This document shows positions 15,513 through 30,098 of a stretch of DNA of 64,000 nucleotides, piece by piece. Every line of letters starts with the position of its first letter. Within the stretch, counting starts at the first letter, position 1. The notes under the pieces are model-generated. The model was not told the origin of the DNA and searched no databases. It saw only the letters and a program-made list of their open reading frames with translations. The DNA comes from Octopus vulgaris (Eukaryota), in assembly GCA_951406725.2 (NCBI GenBank), contig OX597837.1, positions 8,308,001 through 8,372,000 of the forward strand, given 5' to 3'. The translations under genes and the position numbers were made by a program.

Positions 15513-15790
15513 CTACTAGAGCCTTGGGCCGACCAAAGCCTTGTGAGAGGATTTGGTAGATGGAAACTGAAAGAAGCCCATCGTATGTTCGTATGTATAT
15601 GTTTGTTTCTGTGTTTGTACCTCCAGCATCGCTTGACAACAGATGATGGTGTGTTTACGTCCATGTAACCTAGTGGATTGGCAAAAGAGACTGATAGAAT
15701 AAGTACTAGTCTTAGAAAGAATAAGTCCTAGGGTCGAGTGCTCCAGAATGGCTGCATTCAAATGTCTGAAACAAGTACAAGAATAAATTA
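15513..15790 (+). mobile_element. SINE family A, 5'-truncated
   Basis: gggccgaccaaagccttgtgag..ggaaactgaaagaagcc..gatagaataagtact. Confidence 0.8.
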
Positions 15791-16494
15791 ATAAAATACA
15801 CACACATATACATATATATGTGTGTGTGTGTATTTGTGTGTCTGTATATCTGTGTGTGTCAGTGTGTCTGCGTGCTTGTCTCTTTTTCCTTTCATATAAT
15901 TTTATTGATAGTATTAGATTGATCTTTCATCCGAATACAACCACCACCACCACCACCAAAACCACCACCACAACAACAACAATACCAACAGCAGCAGCAG
16001 CAACAACAAAAACAACAACACAGAAAACTATAGCTTTTACTAGTGCCATCACCAACCACCCTGGCACTAAGATCAATTCCGCCTACAATAACAAATACTC
16101 GCAACATTACTGCCTCCATCTTTAAAGAGCTTAGTAGAAGATATTGTGAATGATTTTGTGACGTTCATTCTTTGATTGTCGAATGACATAAAAGACGAGA
16201 GTCGGGGTTTTTGATGTCTTTTGAGAGAGACGAAGGGGAATATAGAGAACAAAAGAGTTCAAAATGAAGGAATTAATGAAAACATATTGAAGGAAATGGA
16301 ATGGTGAGATACTCCAGGCATGGCTGTTTGGTTAGGAAGCTCTCTTGGTGGTTTCCTGGTTTCGGTTCCACTCCCAGTGCCTGGCAATTTGGGTTTGTGT
16401 CTTCTACTATAACAGCACGTTGAATGATATCTTGTGAGTGGGTTTCGTTGACGAAAACTATGAGAGCACGTAGCTTATATGCATACATACATAC

Positions 16495-16700
16495 ATTATT
16501 ATTATTATGGCTGCCCCCTCGTTATCGAGTATGGCCATTGCACGAAGCTTAGCTGTTACTGGTGCTGTGATCGAATGTGACTTTTTAGCCCAGCTAAAGA
16601 TCTACAATGTCTTGTACAGAATTGGTAACTAAAACCTTTACCGGTAATATCCGGCTGTAGTTGTAACTGGGCTTCATGTACCTTTGCATGTCGTTTAATT
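16495..16700 (-). pseudogene. RTE-clade LINE 3' end with terminal zinc-finger-like motif
   Basis: ...FCTRHCRSLAGLKSHIRSQHQ* then ggccatactcgataacgag and (aat)n tail. Confidence 0.6.
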
Positions 16701-16786
16701 ATACATACATACATACATACATACATACATACATACATACATACACACATACATACATACATACATTCATACATACAAATATATAT

Positions 16787-16991
16787 CTTTCGTTTTTGGA
16801 TTTGGTTTGCAAGATTCTTTATGTGAGTTCGTGTGTTGAAGTATATTCTGTTGTGTCTGGGGAGAATCAAGACTATTGAAATGGTTGCAACACGCAAAGA
16901 AAATTGTAGGAAATTGTAGGAAAAGAGAAATAAGTCAGTGTGTTAAATTATAAGGCACAAAAAGAAAATGACTCTCCCCAGACAAAACAGT
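16787..16991. mobile_element. Fold-back repeat family F, internally deleted copy
   Basis: gatttggtttgcaagattc..gtctggggaga identical in layout to 201-280; inverted end tgactctccccagacaaaacag. Confidence 0.65.
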
Positions 16992-17002
16992 ATATATATA
17001 GG

Positions 17003-17192
17003 CGCCATGATAGATCGTTAGCTACTACACACATTTTTTTCTCTCCTTGTTTTTTTCTGTGTCCCTTTCTGTAGAAGAGCTTAGGCTCGAAACGTAAAAG
17101 ACTTTTTCTATTCCTGAGCGTTATACTAATACATCTGTTTGTTTGTACACCACCTGCCTTCGTCTTTTGTTTATTTTCGTAAACTTTCCCTT

Positions 17193-17195
<3 letters not shown>
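17003..17195 (+). mobile_element. Family H1 element, full length, hammerhead at 17065-17100
   Basis: cttt-CTGTAGA-A-GAGC-TTAG-GCTC-GAAAC-GTA-aaag; colinear with 43988-44187; TA tracts on both sides. Confidence 0.75.
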
Positions 17196-17256
<61 letters not shown>

Positions 17257-17724
17257 CATACATACACATGCACACATACATGTGACATGAGAAACTGTGT
17301 CCATTATAACCTTCGAACAGGGGAGCTCAGCCACTTCTCCTTCCTGGTGTTGCATCAACAGTTTCGGGGTAGTCTGTAGATGCAACAGGTCCGTGAGTCA
17401 CAGGTAGCTAGATGCGATGGCCTCTTGGAGCTAATCAACGGCAACATTCGTCCAATTTTTCTGGACTGCCATGTTAGCTTGGCGATAACTATTAATATCC
17501 AATACCCACTGCCGTAGTTTCCCTTAGAGAGGCTTAGAAATATTAATATTTCTAATAACGACTGTGTTCAACTAAATAGTATAAAGAGGTACTCCAGTAT
17601 GGCCGCTGTCCAGTGACTGAAAGATCTAAAACATTTAAAGATAAATGATAAACATGCATATACATACAAACAGACATAAAGACATACGTACATACAAATA
17701 TATATGTGTGTGTGTGTGAGCGCG

Positions 17725-17940
17725 TGTCTTCGAAACACGCATTGGGTCGAAACAGGGGCAGCTGAAGAAGGGGAATTTTCCTTGTGTTGTATATCCTGTA
17801 CTCTGTTTTTTCGTTGTTAAAAGAAAGCCCGTTTCCTTGTTTCGTTTTTATGTTTTCGTTTCTCGTTGTGTTCTACGTTTATTTGTGGTGTCTTGAACCC
17901 ATATATACATGTATATATACATATAGATGTAGGTATGTAT
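17725..17940 (+). mobile_element. Unclassified repeat related to 50590-50810
   Basis: tcgaaa.acg...ctga.gaaggg...tgttgt...g.cc(c)atata.a...tatagatgta shared between both loci. Confidence 0.4.
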
Positions 17941-17973
17941 GTATGTATGCATATGTTTTATTTATCAAATTGT

Positions 17974-18012
<39 letters not shown>

Positions 18013-18689
18013 AATCAAGGAACGGCCATAATAGGCCATTCACCCACTAGAAATAACAGCCAAAGCTTCAACCGCAAAATAACATTAATTCCGCAAACCA
18101 GGAGAAAATTAAAAAAACATTTTTTTTCCCACTAGGCCGCTGGTGGCAAAAAGATTCTACAAAATTTTTTTGCCACCCTATATTGATTAATAAATATATA
18201 TATATATATACATATTTATGTATATATGCTTACGTGCATACATGCACATATAAAATCACGTACACACACACATACAATCACACACAGGTATATACGATAA
18301 TGTAGATACATGCTTTCATGTATGCGTGCTTGAGTATATTTGAGTGTATGTGTGCGTATATAAGTGTATGTGTGTGTGTGTGTGCATATAAATATAATTT
18401 ATATTTATAGCTTTTCTGCGAAAACACAAATAAATAAATAAATGTTGAAATATATAAATAAAATAGAGAAATAAATGAATAGAACTACATTATCGCATTT
18501 ATGGCATTTTTATAAGCTGATATTGTTTTGTATATTAATACAGGGACTGATCATATAATACGACTTTATTGAGCTCCGTCATTTTGGGCACATTAAAACT
18601 CGAGATATTAAACATTGAAATAAAATATATTTTCGGCTATCAAACGATTTTCAAAGAATTATGCGTTATCGAAAATTTGGCGATAACTG

Positions 18690-19015
18690 GCAATCCATCG
18701 ATTACAACGACGAAGGTACCAGTTGATCTGATCATCGGAACAGCCCGCTCGTGAAATTGATATTCGAGTGGCTGGGTACTCCACAGACGCGCGTAACCTT
18801 TAACGTAGTTCTCTCTGAGTTTCAGCGTCACACAGAATGTGACATGACTGGCCCGTTTGAATTACAGGTAACACACATTTTTTGCTACCTGAATGGACTG
18901 CTAGTAACCTGAAAAGAAGTGTCTTGCTCAAGCACTCAACGCACCTCGTTGAATCGAACTCACGGACTTAGGGTCGTGAGCCAAATGCACTAATCGCTAA
19001 GCCACGCGCCTTCAC
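18690..19015 (-). mobile_element. tRNA-derived SINE family C
   Basis: Minus-strand head gtgaaggcgcgtggcttagcg (A box), gagttcgattc (B box), then ttgagcaagacactt. Confidence 0.7.
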
Positions 19016-19104
19016 AATTTTGGTGATATTGTTAAGGAGAGTATACTTAAGATCAAAAATGGTCCATCCATGACCACCCTTTGAAAGTCATATTATATCA
19101 TATA

Positions 19105-19436
19105 TAAAAGAGTAAAGATACCCCTGGTTCATGAATAAACATGGGACTGCCCCTAGAAAGTTAACCTCCGAGGCACAAGTCTGGGCAAAGATGTTTATGG
19201 AAGACCAGTAGTCGCCCATGCGTACCAGCCACTCCGCACCACGTCACCGATATTATCCAAGAGGAAGGCAGAGGTCGATACAGCTTAGCACCAATGACAT
19301 CGCAATTCATTTCTTCTGGAGTAACATGAAAATAAAATGTCTTGCTCCTGAAGACAACACACAACTCGGTCCAGGATTCGAACTCACCACCTCATGATTG
19401 TAAGCCCGACACTCTAACCACTGAGCCATGGGCCTT
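19105..19436 (-). mobile_element. tRNA-derived SINE family D
   Basis: Head aaggcccatggctcagtggttagag..gagttcgaatcc; colinear with 34935-35656. Confidence 0.75.
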
Positions 19437-19623
19437 ATATATGGAAAGAAATTACCCAGTTGGTCTATTCATAAGATAATAGTGACTAATGCTAGGAAAA
19501 TTTAACTCATAAATCTAGGGGGTCAGCCAATCAAATATAGGGTCTTCATGGCCTCAAAACTTAGTTGGAATAACAGGTGATGTTTGTTTCTATGTATTTT
19601 TTCTTCTAATATTTGATTATTTT

Positions 19624-19992
19624 AAGGCGATGAGCTGGCAGAAACGTTAGCAACCGGGCAAAATGCTTAGCGGTATTTCGTCTGCCCCTACGTTCTGAGT
19701 TCAAATTCCGCCGAGGTCGACATTGCCTTTCATCCTTCGGGGTCGATTAAATAAGTACCAGTTACGCACTGGTGTAGATATACTCGGCTTAATCCGTTTG
19801 TCTGTCCTTGTTTATCCTCTCTGTAAAGAAATAGGTATTTCGTCTACTACTACATTCTGAGTTCAAATTCCGTCGAGGTCGACTTTTCCTTTCATAGATT
19901 TGGGGTCAATAAAGTAGCAGTTGCGTACTGGGGTCGATCTAATTGACTGGTCCACTCCCCCAAAATTTCGAACTTTGTGCCTAGAGTAGAAA
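19624..19992 (+). mobile_element. SINE family B, head plus two internal units plus tail
   Basis: ggcgatgagctggcagaaacgttagc head; gttctgagttcaaattccg.cgaggtcgac occurs twice; tail caaaatttcg..ttgtgcctagagtagaaa. Confidence 0.85.
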
Positions 19993-20383
19993 AAAATATT
20001 TGATTATTTCCAAACGTTGGATTGTGTTGATTGTGGGGTATGAAATTAAAGAGATTTGCAGACAAGTAAGAGTTCGTTATTCAGATTATCAAAAAGTAAT
20101 TTACTAAGTCAGCAGTAATTGTGTCTGTGGCCATGAAGTTCCCCAAAACGGAACTAAAATTTAGGAGACAAATTGCGCAGAGGAGGGTAATCTAAATTTA
20201 TGCTTTTAAAAACCCAAAGGGATTAAGGGCAGTTTGAATGATATTTGTTAAAGAAAAAATTCTACGCAAGAGAATACGTGCGTATATACGTACACACAAG
20301 GATACATACTGCCATGCATACAAACATGAATACACACATACATGCATACATACATACATACATACATACATACATACATACAT

Positions 20384-20441
<58 letters not shown>

Positions 20442-20979
20442 TTAGAGACAAAACCACTATTATGCAAATCAAACAAAGAAAGACTTAATCCAATACAGTC
20501 CTAAATCTGATTTTTCCCTGTAAATTTGGATTTATTCCCTAATATTTATATATATGTATATATAAGTATATATATATGTATATATATATATATATCTATA
20601 TATGTATTTATGTATATATATGCATATATACATTTATATATAAGTATATATATATAAATATAATTATATAAGAGAGAAAAATAATCACTCGTAAATATAA
20701 CTATATATCTTAACATTCATATATAAAAGTATAAATCTATTTCTATGTATACGCCATGCTTATATGAATAAAATATACCCTCACAAACGCATATTCACAC
20801 ACACACTCACACACATAGGCACGCGCGCTAACAGCCATAAACATATGGACACAGGGACCTGAACGGATATGTGTGTATATATATATATATATATACGTAC
20901 ATCTATATATAGATAAATATATATATATATATATATATGTATGAATGTATCTATATACATATATGTATATACATATATA

Positions 20980-21037
<58 letters not shown>

Positions 21038-21040
<3 letters not shown>

Positions 21041-21203
21041 TCTTTTACTCTTTTACTTGTTTCAGTCATTTGACTGCGGCCATGCTGGAGCACCGCCTTT
21101 AGTCGAGCAAATCGACCCCGGGACTTATTCTTTGTAAGTCCAGTACTTATTATATCGGTCTCTTTTGCCGAACCGCTATGTGACAGCAGGGGGACAGACA
21201 CAA

Positions 21204-21234
<31 letters not shown>

Positions 21235-21311
21235 CGACAGGCTTCTTTCAGTTTCCGTCTACCAAATCCACTCACAAGGCATTGGTCGGCCCGGGGTTAT
21301 AGCAGAAGACA
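21038..21311 (-). mobile_element. SINE family A, head-less, internally deleted
   Basis: cttgtttcagtcatttgactgcggccatgctggagcaccgcc near-identical to 63348-63390. Confidence 0.85.
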
Positions 21312-21360
21312 TATATATATATAAATATATATACATACATACATATATATGTATATATAT

Positions 21361-21397
<37 letters not shown>

Positions 21398-21400
21398 TAT

Positions 21401-21449
<49 letters not shown>

Positions 21450-21663
21450 CATACATATATATATATATATGTGTGTTTAGCCAATATACACACATTCCCA
21501 CACGACATTTTAATCAGATTAAGTGCCGGGTCGAGAAACAAATGTTCTTGCGGTGCAATGTAAACATATGTGTATATATATAAGTATGTATGTGTATGTT
21601 ATGTGCATGTGTATATACATACGCACAGACACACACAGATATATACTTGGTTATATATATATA

Positions 21664-21694
<31 letters not shown>

Positions 21695-21883
21695 CCATGT
21701 AAGTTGCGCAAGTATGTATACAAACGTAAGGATGTATAACAATCTCTCTCTCTCTACATATATATATATATATAAATATATATATACTTATATGTGTGGG
21801 CCTGTGTTCATGTGTATGTGTACTTGTGTGTTTGTGTGTGTGTGTGTGCGTGTCTGTGAGTGTGATTATATATAGAGAGATAG

Positions 21884-21961
<78 letters not shown>

Positions 21962-22414
21962 GGAGAGAGACGGAGATAAAGAGATTTGGAATATATCGTT
22001 CAGCCAGACATCAACAGTCTCACATAATTCTCCTTACTAAAATCTTCGTTGTAAAAATACCAAAAATTTTCTAATTGAAACAAAAGGAAAACAACAAAGC
22101 TATAATTCGAAACTACGAAAGCTTTTTTTTTTTTTATAGAAGTACGAAACTAAAGAACTAAAAAAAGACATGGCGGATAAGAACAAAACACAAGACAATG
22201 TTTTCCCATCTGAAAATATTAAAACTTTGGTTTTAATGATATCAACGAAACTAAGTTCATATTAGATTAAATATTTTTGTACGAATTTATATGTTTATAT
22301 AGGTATGAAATGAAATATATATACGCAAACATACACAAACACACACATATATATCAACACACACATGCAAATATATATACACATACACACACATATAAAT
22401 ATATATGTGTGTAC

Positions 22415-22488
<74 letters not shown>

Positions 22489-22641
22489 ATACATATACAT
22501 ACATATATATATATATATAACTGTATTAAACTAAATACGGTCATATATATATATATATATATAATGTATGTATGTACGTATATTTTCAGTACAGATGTGG
22601 CACTCTTTTGACAATAGCAATCAGCATATATTTCTATGTGC

Positions 22642-22689
<48 letters not shown>

Positions 22690-23073
22690 GCCTAAGAATG
22701 TAATTTTGAGTATAGTTGTGTGTATATGGAGAAGATCTCTGGTGCAGATGTCCGTGGTTTACTTTTCACTCATCATACAATCTCATTATAAGTTTGTAAT
22801 GCTGTTTCTTTTGTGTTTTTTTTTTTCACTGGGGAAACAAATTTTGATGACGGATAAAATTATGCTCTCATAGTCATTCCATACAAATGAACTGACGATG
22901 CAAACAAAAAACGCAGACATCACCTCACTTATACACACACACACACACACACACACAGAGAGAAAGATACACACACAGACACACACACATGCATACACAC
23001 ACAAAGTCATTTAATAATACGATCACTCGTATAGATACGCACACATACACATATATACATATATACACACATA

Positions 23074-23140
<67 letters not shown>

Positions 23141-23251
23141 TTACATATATCCATATAAATTTATGTATATATATACATACAAACAGACAGAGACACACAC
23201 ACAGACACATTCACTCAAACACACAAAAACACATACACACACATCTATATA

Positions 23252-23293
<42 letters not shown>

Positions 23294-23296
<3 letters not shown>

Positions 23297-23676
23297 TCTT
23301 TTACGCTTTTACTTGTTTCAGTCATTTGACGGTGGCCATGCTGGAGTACCGCCTTTAGTCGAGCAAATCGACCCCCGGACTTATTCTTTGTAAGCCTAGT
23401 ACTTATACTATCGAACTGTTTTGCCGAACCCCTATGTTACGGGGACGTAAACACACCATCATCGATTGTCAAGCGATGTTGGTGGGACAAACATAGACAC
23501 ACAAACATATACACACACATACATATATATATATATATACATATATACGACGGGCTCCTTTCAGTTTCTGTCTACCAAATCCACTCACAAGGCTTTGGTC
23601 GGCCCGAGGCTATCGTAGTGGACTGAACCCGGAACCATTTACTTCTTCAGCAAGCTACTTAACACACATCCACTTC
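23294..23676 (-). mobile_element. SINE family A, near full length
   Basis: Colinear with 53085-53488 with a deletion in the head region. Confidence 0.85.
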
Positions 23677-24062
23677 TAACGACATAACAAGTAATAATAC
23701 AAGCACTGAGATATATACGCCTGCGTACCAACACAATCTGTATATATATGCATATATCGAAATATATTCTCACATACATTCATATACATATATATATGTT
23801 TATATTCATATAAACCTAAGTGTACCTATCTTCAGGCGCGGATGCAAACACACGATTACAGACGCACGCGCACACACAAAAATTTACCAAGACCCCTACC
23901 CACACACACACTCGCATATATGTATATGTATATAGACATATGTAATTGCTGAGTCTTAGATGAAATAATGATTAACAGAATCGTACTTTTTAATATATAT
24001 TGCTTTAACCTATTCAGTATATCTATATATCTATATAAATATATATATATATATATACATAC

Positions 24063-24139
<77 letters not shown>

Positions 24140-24142
24140 ATT

Positions 24143-24174
<32 letters not shown>

Positions 24175-24263
24175 TAGATAGATAGATAGATAGATATATG
24201 TATATGTATATATATATGTATATATATATATATATATATGTATGTGTATATATATATATATAC

Positions 24264-24311
<48 letters not shown>

Positions 24312-24923
24312 GTGCATGTACACAAGATGAATCGGGGAAAAATGTAGTCGTCTTTAATAATCTGAAATTTAATCAGGTAGATTTAACGTCATGATTTGTA
24401 TAATTTTATATATTCTTCTGTTACATTTCCTATGTTGTTTGATGATGATGAAGATGATGATGATGATGATGATGAGGATGATGCTAACCACGGTGATAAT
24501 GGTGATGGTAATGATTATTATTTTGTTGGTAATGATCATCACAATGATGATGATGATGATGATGGTGATGAAAATTATGAAGATGCTTTTTTTCTTTGCT
24601 AATAAGGTTTTTTTTATTATTGTTGATTGCTTCTTTATCGCTTCTTTTTTTGTTTTGTTTTCTTTTAATTTTTTTTGTTATATGTGTGGACGAGTTCAGA
24701 AAGTGTGAAATCTGATTAAACTCTAAGGTGTCTACGAATACGCAAATCAACACACACACACACACACACACATACACACACGCACACACATACACAGACA
24801 TACACACACAAGCAGAGATGCATGTATATATATATATTCACACTCCCCAATAGACACATTATCAAAGAAACGCACAAATAATTACAAATATTAAAATATA
24901 ATGACAAAGAAATTTTGTATATG

Positions 24924-25072
<149 letters not shown>

Positions 25073-25201
25073 GCATGATTCTCGGTACGCAGCTGCGCTA
25101 TTCCCGACTCTACGGTGGTGCTTTTACCATTTAAATATGTGACTCTTCAAAATCTGAAAACTTTTATGTATATATATGTATATGTACGTACATATACGTA
25201 C

Positions 25202-25238
<37 letters not shown>

Positions 25239-25334
25239 TTTATATATATATATATATATATGTATGTATATATATGAACATATATGAGAATATTATTGTT
25301 TACAACAATATCAAGTGGCTTAACATGTGTACAC

Positions 25335-25933
25335 GAATACCTATTTCTTTACTACCAACAAGGGGCTAAACACAGAGGGGGCAAACAAGGAAAGACAAAC
25401 GGATTAAGAGGATTACATCGACCGGAGCGCGTAACTGGCACTTAATTTATCGACCCCGAAAAGGATGAAAGGCAAAATCGACCTCGGCGAAATTTGAAGA
25501 CAAACGAAATACCTATTTCTTTACTACCCACAAGGGGGTAAACACACAGGGGACAAACAAGGGCCGACAAACGGATTAAGTCGATTATATCGACCCCAGT
25601 GCGTAACTGGTACTACTTTTAATCGACCCCGTAAGGATGAAAGACAAAGTCGACCTCGGCGGAATTTGAACTCAGAACGTAGCGGCTTACGAAATACGGC
25701 TAAGCATTTCGCCCGGCTTGCTAACGTTTCTTATTTCTTGATTGCCCACAAGGGGCTAAACATAGAGGGGACAAACAAGGACAGACAAAGGAACTAAGTC
25801 GATTACATCGCCCCCTGTACGTAACTGGTACTTTATTTAACCGACCTCGAAAGGATGAAAGGCAAAGTCGACCCCGGCGGAATTTGAACTCAGAACGTAA
25901 AGATAGACGAAACATTCTGCCAGCTCGCCGCTT
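25335..25933 (-). mobile_element. SINE family B trimer
   Basis: Three aggatgaaag.caaa.tcgacc.cggcg.aatttgaa units; head cagctcgccgc at 25921-25931. Confidence 0.85.
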
Positions 25934-25982
25934 TAACATGTTGTGTTAATTGAAATGACTTTCTCTATCTCTTTCTCTCCCA

Positions 25983-26040
<58 letters not shown>

Positions 26041-26963
26041 ATGCATGTATGGGTAAGCACCAGGTTGCTTATATATATATAAGCATGCACATATATATAT
26101 AACATGCTTATATATATAACCATGCACATATATAATATAAAGGGAATTTGTTTACACTCCGCCTTCCTCAGTTTTTATTTCAGGATATTTTACGGATATA
26201 TTTCACGGAAACAAAAGCCTATGTTAAATCGCTATGAGATGTTTAAAAATTATAAAAACGCAATATATTTTACAACGCACCTCATTATACAACTTAAAGG
26301 GAGAAAATAGCAAGAAATTAAATAAAAATCGACATGGAATATAATGCAGAGAGGAATCAAATACGATAAGGTGTATGATAGGAAATAAAAACGGTTGAAG
26401 AATGTAATAAAAGACGCATAAATGGATTGTATACTAGTGCAAGGTTATAAGATATTAATATTTCGATAGAAAGAACAATAATATTGATTTCTGTTATTAT
26501 GGGTGAGTTTAATATAGATATGCAATAGGAATAGATACATTATAGCGTTCTACATCAGTAGAAGGTTATAAAATAGTATTAATTTCGATGGAAAAGGGAC
26601 ACACAATCGTAATAATATTGATTCGTAAGTATTATGGGAGTAAATATAAAACCAGGTTGAAAAAATACTGAAAGAATTCCGCAACAAAATTTGATATTTT
26701 GTTTAGAATGATCGTCTTTAGAAATGATATATGTGTTAGTAAGGTAATCAATTTGTAATAACATGGTGTATTATCGATTAATTGTTTTATATTTAGAAGC
26801 AACGATATACGTCTGGGTTTTGAAAATATGGATTCTGGTTGCCAAATGTATGTATGTATGTTTGTTATACGGAGATGTATTTATGAAAGGGAAAATAAGA
26901 TTCTACAAGAATGGAAAATAATGTTCACTCACTAATCCATCTTATTTTATTTATTTAAAAAAA

Positions 26964-27228
26964 TTTTTTTATTTTATCTAGTTTCAGCTCACGAGCTGTG
27001 GCAATGCTGGGGCACTGCCATTTGGTGTTGCCACATGATTTTACTTCACGAATGCTTTTTAGCAATTGCCATTTGGTGCGTGAGAGAGTTCGATGCAGCT
27101 GCCCTCATCTGCACCTCTTGCCGTGAAGTTGGTTCATCTGGGACACCTGACAGGTAGAGATCTAGTTTTATTTTAAAGACATTTGCATCCACCCCATGCA
27201 GGTCTCTCAGGTCCTTCGGGAGGATATC
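26964..27228 (-). pseudogene. CR1-like LINE 3' end
   Basis: ILPKDLRDLHGVDANVFKIKLDLYLSGVPDEPTSRQEVQMRAAASNSLTHQ..*, a CR1-type C-terminus (FK..LD..L..PD.P), short 3'UTR and A-rich tail. Confidence 0.75.
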
Positions 27229-27339
27229 TGCCTATTATTCCTTAGACAGTCGTTGGAATAAAGTCTTCAGGTACTTCCTCCGTAAGTTCCTGTCAGGAGC
27301 AACCGCCATTACACATTCTAGCTTAATACCCAAGCATCG

Positions 27340-27610
27340 TCACCATCTGGTTGACTTTTCTCGGACATTTGTAACCCGAACGCTCCATCCACCTCCGTCA
27401 CGAATTTGCACAGGGTGGTTTTGAAGGGTATCTTGTGTCTCTGGCGAGTTGATCTACATCTGTTGCTTTCAGACTACCTGGTCGAGTACGACCATGTTTT
27501 AGCATCCATAGAAGATGGCTCGCCAGCAATGTCCTGCAAAGCGCAAGAGCCTTTCTCTTATAATAATGGAAACAGGTAGATCTCTATACAGCTGTTTCTT
27601 GGTGGGATGA
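27340..27610 (-). pseudogene. RTE-clade LINE C-terminal remnant
   Basis: HPTKKQLYRDLPVSIIIRERLLRFAGHCWRA..LLWMLKHGRTRPG..DQLARDT; homologous to 35126-35492. Confidence 0.75.
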
Positions 27611-27659
27611 ATTCCCCGAGTAAAATCAATTGAAATTATTAAGTATTATTCTGTTATTC

Positions 27660-27892
27660 AACTGTAGTGAAGCAGTGGCTCAAAGTACAGTCAACAGAAT
27701 TTTACGGGGCAGGGATACATGCTCTCATTCGAAGGTGGAATATTGCTATTAAGAGATACGGTGACTATGTTTAGAAGTAGGGATGTGATCCACAGAGGAC
27801 CAGCTTCATTTTGATGTATGATACACGTTCATGTGTTGGTAATTATTACCTGTCCTAAACAAAATGGCACTACATTTTGACTCACCCTCGTA
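27660..27892 (+). mobile_element. Mariner (DD34D) 3' end with TIR
   Basis: VKQWLKVQSTEFYGAGIHALIRRWNIAIKRYGDYV*K; ends ttttgactcaccctcg-TA (reverse TACGAGGGTGAGTCAAAA). Confidence 0.8.
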
Positions 27893-28858
27893 TTTAGACT
27901 ACATGCTCGGCATTTATGCAAGATTCTCATCCTCACTTTCATTTCCTAAATCTAAGTCAACCAGCTTAGGAATTACTACGCTACGAATGACTCTTTCCTT
28001 TGCCATTGAAAGCAAATAATTCCAATCTATATCGTATTTGCCATTCTTACAGAAATTTACTTGTCCTTTCACTTCCACAAGCATGTATACGCTCGGTATA
28101 CAATCTCAATTAGAATCCTTCCTTTTAAACCCACACCGACATTACTGCTTCTAAATATAAATCAATTTATTGATAATGTATCTGGTTATTACTATTTGAT
28201 TACCTTACTAAGACACATATAATTTCTATGCACTATCATGCAAAATATCAATTCTAATTTACAACTTTTTTTTCCCCTTCCTGCTTGTCGATAGCAACTT
28301 CCCTAATATACTATACAAAGCCATATTAGTGCTCTTTTCATCTGTATTAATATTATCTTATAAACCAAACAGTAATTGTGGAGCAGTTCAATATCTCCAT
28401 TGACTATCGACCATGTATATTAACTCTGTTAATACTCACAAATCGATATAATTGTTCTTTCTACCGCAAATAAATGAACACTATCTCGTAATATTACAGA
28501 AATATAGTACACTATAATTAATCTATTAGTACGAATACATAATTATATCCATCTAACTTTAATCATTTATCATAACATACTCGATTTCAATCTCTATTAT
28601 TCTCCCCCCCACCACCACCACCTCTTTTAGTTTATCTACTTTCATTCTCATTCTTTTCGCCCATTTTGTTTTTTCCCTTTTATTTGTTAAATGGAAAAAT
28701 TTTATAAAATTTTTCGTAAAATATTTTCTTTGTTCCGTAATTTTTTGTTTTGTTTTTGTTTTTACATTATTTGAAATTTAATATAATATTTTATCATTTG
28801 TTTGGGTTATGAATTTTCATTATGGTCTCTTTAAAAATATGCATTGGAATGGCAGAAC

Positions 28859-28921
<63 letters not shown>

Positions 28922-29371
28922 TGTGTGTATGAATGTATGGATGCATGTACGTATGTATGCATGTATGTACGTATATGTGTGTGTATGTATGCATGCAGAT
29001 ATTTATGTATGTATGTATGTATTTATGTATGTATATTGATATGTATATATGTACGCACGTATGTACGTATGTATGTAGGTTTGTATGTTTGAATGTATGG
29101 TTGCATGTATGCATATGTATACATCTATGTGTATGTATATATGTGTATATATATGTATATTTATATGTACGCTTGTATGTATGTTTACTTGTATGTATGT
29201 AGGTATGTATATGTACAACATATTCAAATCGAAGCCTTGAAGGTATGTAATTTAGTACCTTTTTATACGCATAAACACACTTGTGCACAAATTTATTCAC
29301 TCGTGTATACGTGGAACACCAGTTTTCTCAATTAAAATTATGTATGAAACTGCCATTTATACACAAGTAAA

Positions 29372-29412
<41 letters not shown>

Positions 29413-29614
29413 TATTTGAGTAGATGAATGAATTATCTTATTATGGATAATTCAGTTAACCGATACCTGGGTAGCAAATTCACGTCAGAAAAACATGGTT
29501 GAAGCTACATGCCAAGGGCAGAGATCACGTGCTTTGGTGTGGAAATTTGTGTGTTTTTTTATATACAAATAAATGAAAGAATGGAGTGAACGACGAATTA
29601 ACAAAATTCCTTTA

Positions 29615-29697
29615 TTCTCGATATATGTTTCGAAGGCTGCATATTCCTAATTTCGAAGGAATAAGGGGTGCATTATGCCGCCTTCTCATCAGGAAAA
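29615..29697 (-). ncRNA. Type-I hammerhead motif with extended helix II
   Basis: TTTTC-CTGATGA-GAAGGCgGCATA(30 nt)TATGCaGCCTTC-GAAAC-ATAT-ATC-GAGAA; the inverted partial copy at ~29980 has GTC, giving palindromic helix III ACATATGT. Confidence 0.6.
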
Positions 29698-30040
29698 ACA
29701 AGGAACTTATGTCAGCATCAAGATGCACAAAAACTTTTAGATGACTGCCCACATACATACAAGTAAACATACATACAAGTAAACATACATACAAGCGTAC
29801 ATATAAATATACATATATATACACATATATACATACACATAGATGTATACATATGCATACATGCAACCATACATTCAAACATACAAACCTACATACATAC
29901 GTACATACATGCGTACATATATACATATCAATATATATACATAAATACATACATACATACATAAATAGATGCATGCATACATATGTCGAGAATAAAGGAA
30001 TTTTGTTAATTCGTCGTTCAACTCCATTCTTTCATTTATT

Positions 30041-30098
<58 letters not shown>

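Noticed and set aside
17725-17775. gaaac..gtc..ctgaaga order suggesting a type-II hammerhead (also 50594-50635)
   Set aside because: Helix I cannot form and the second copy lacks the GAAAC/GUH pairing
25335-25933. Regularly spaced repeats resembling a CRISPR array
   Set aside because: Intervening sequences are also repeated; SINE concatemer in eukaryotic DNA, no cas genes
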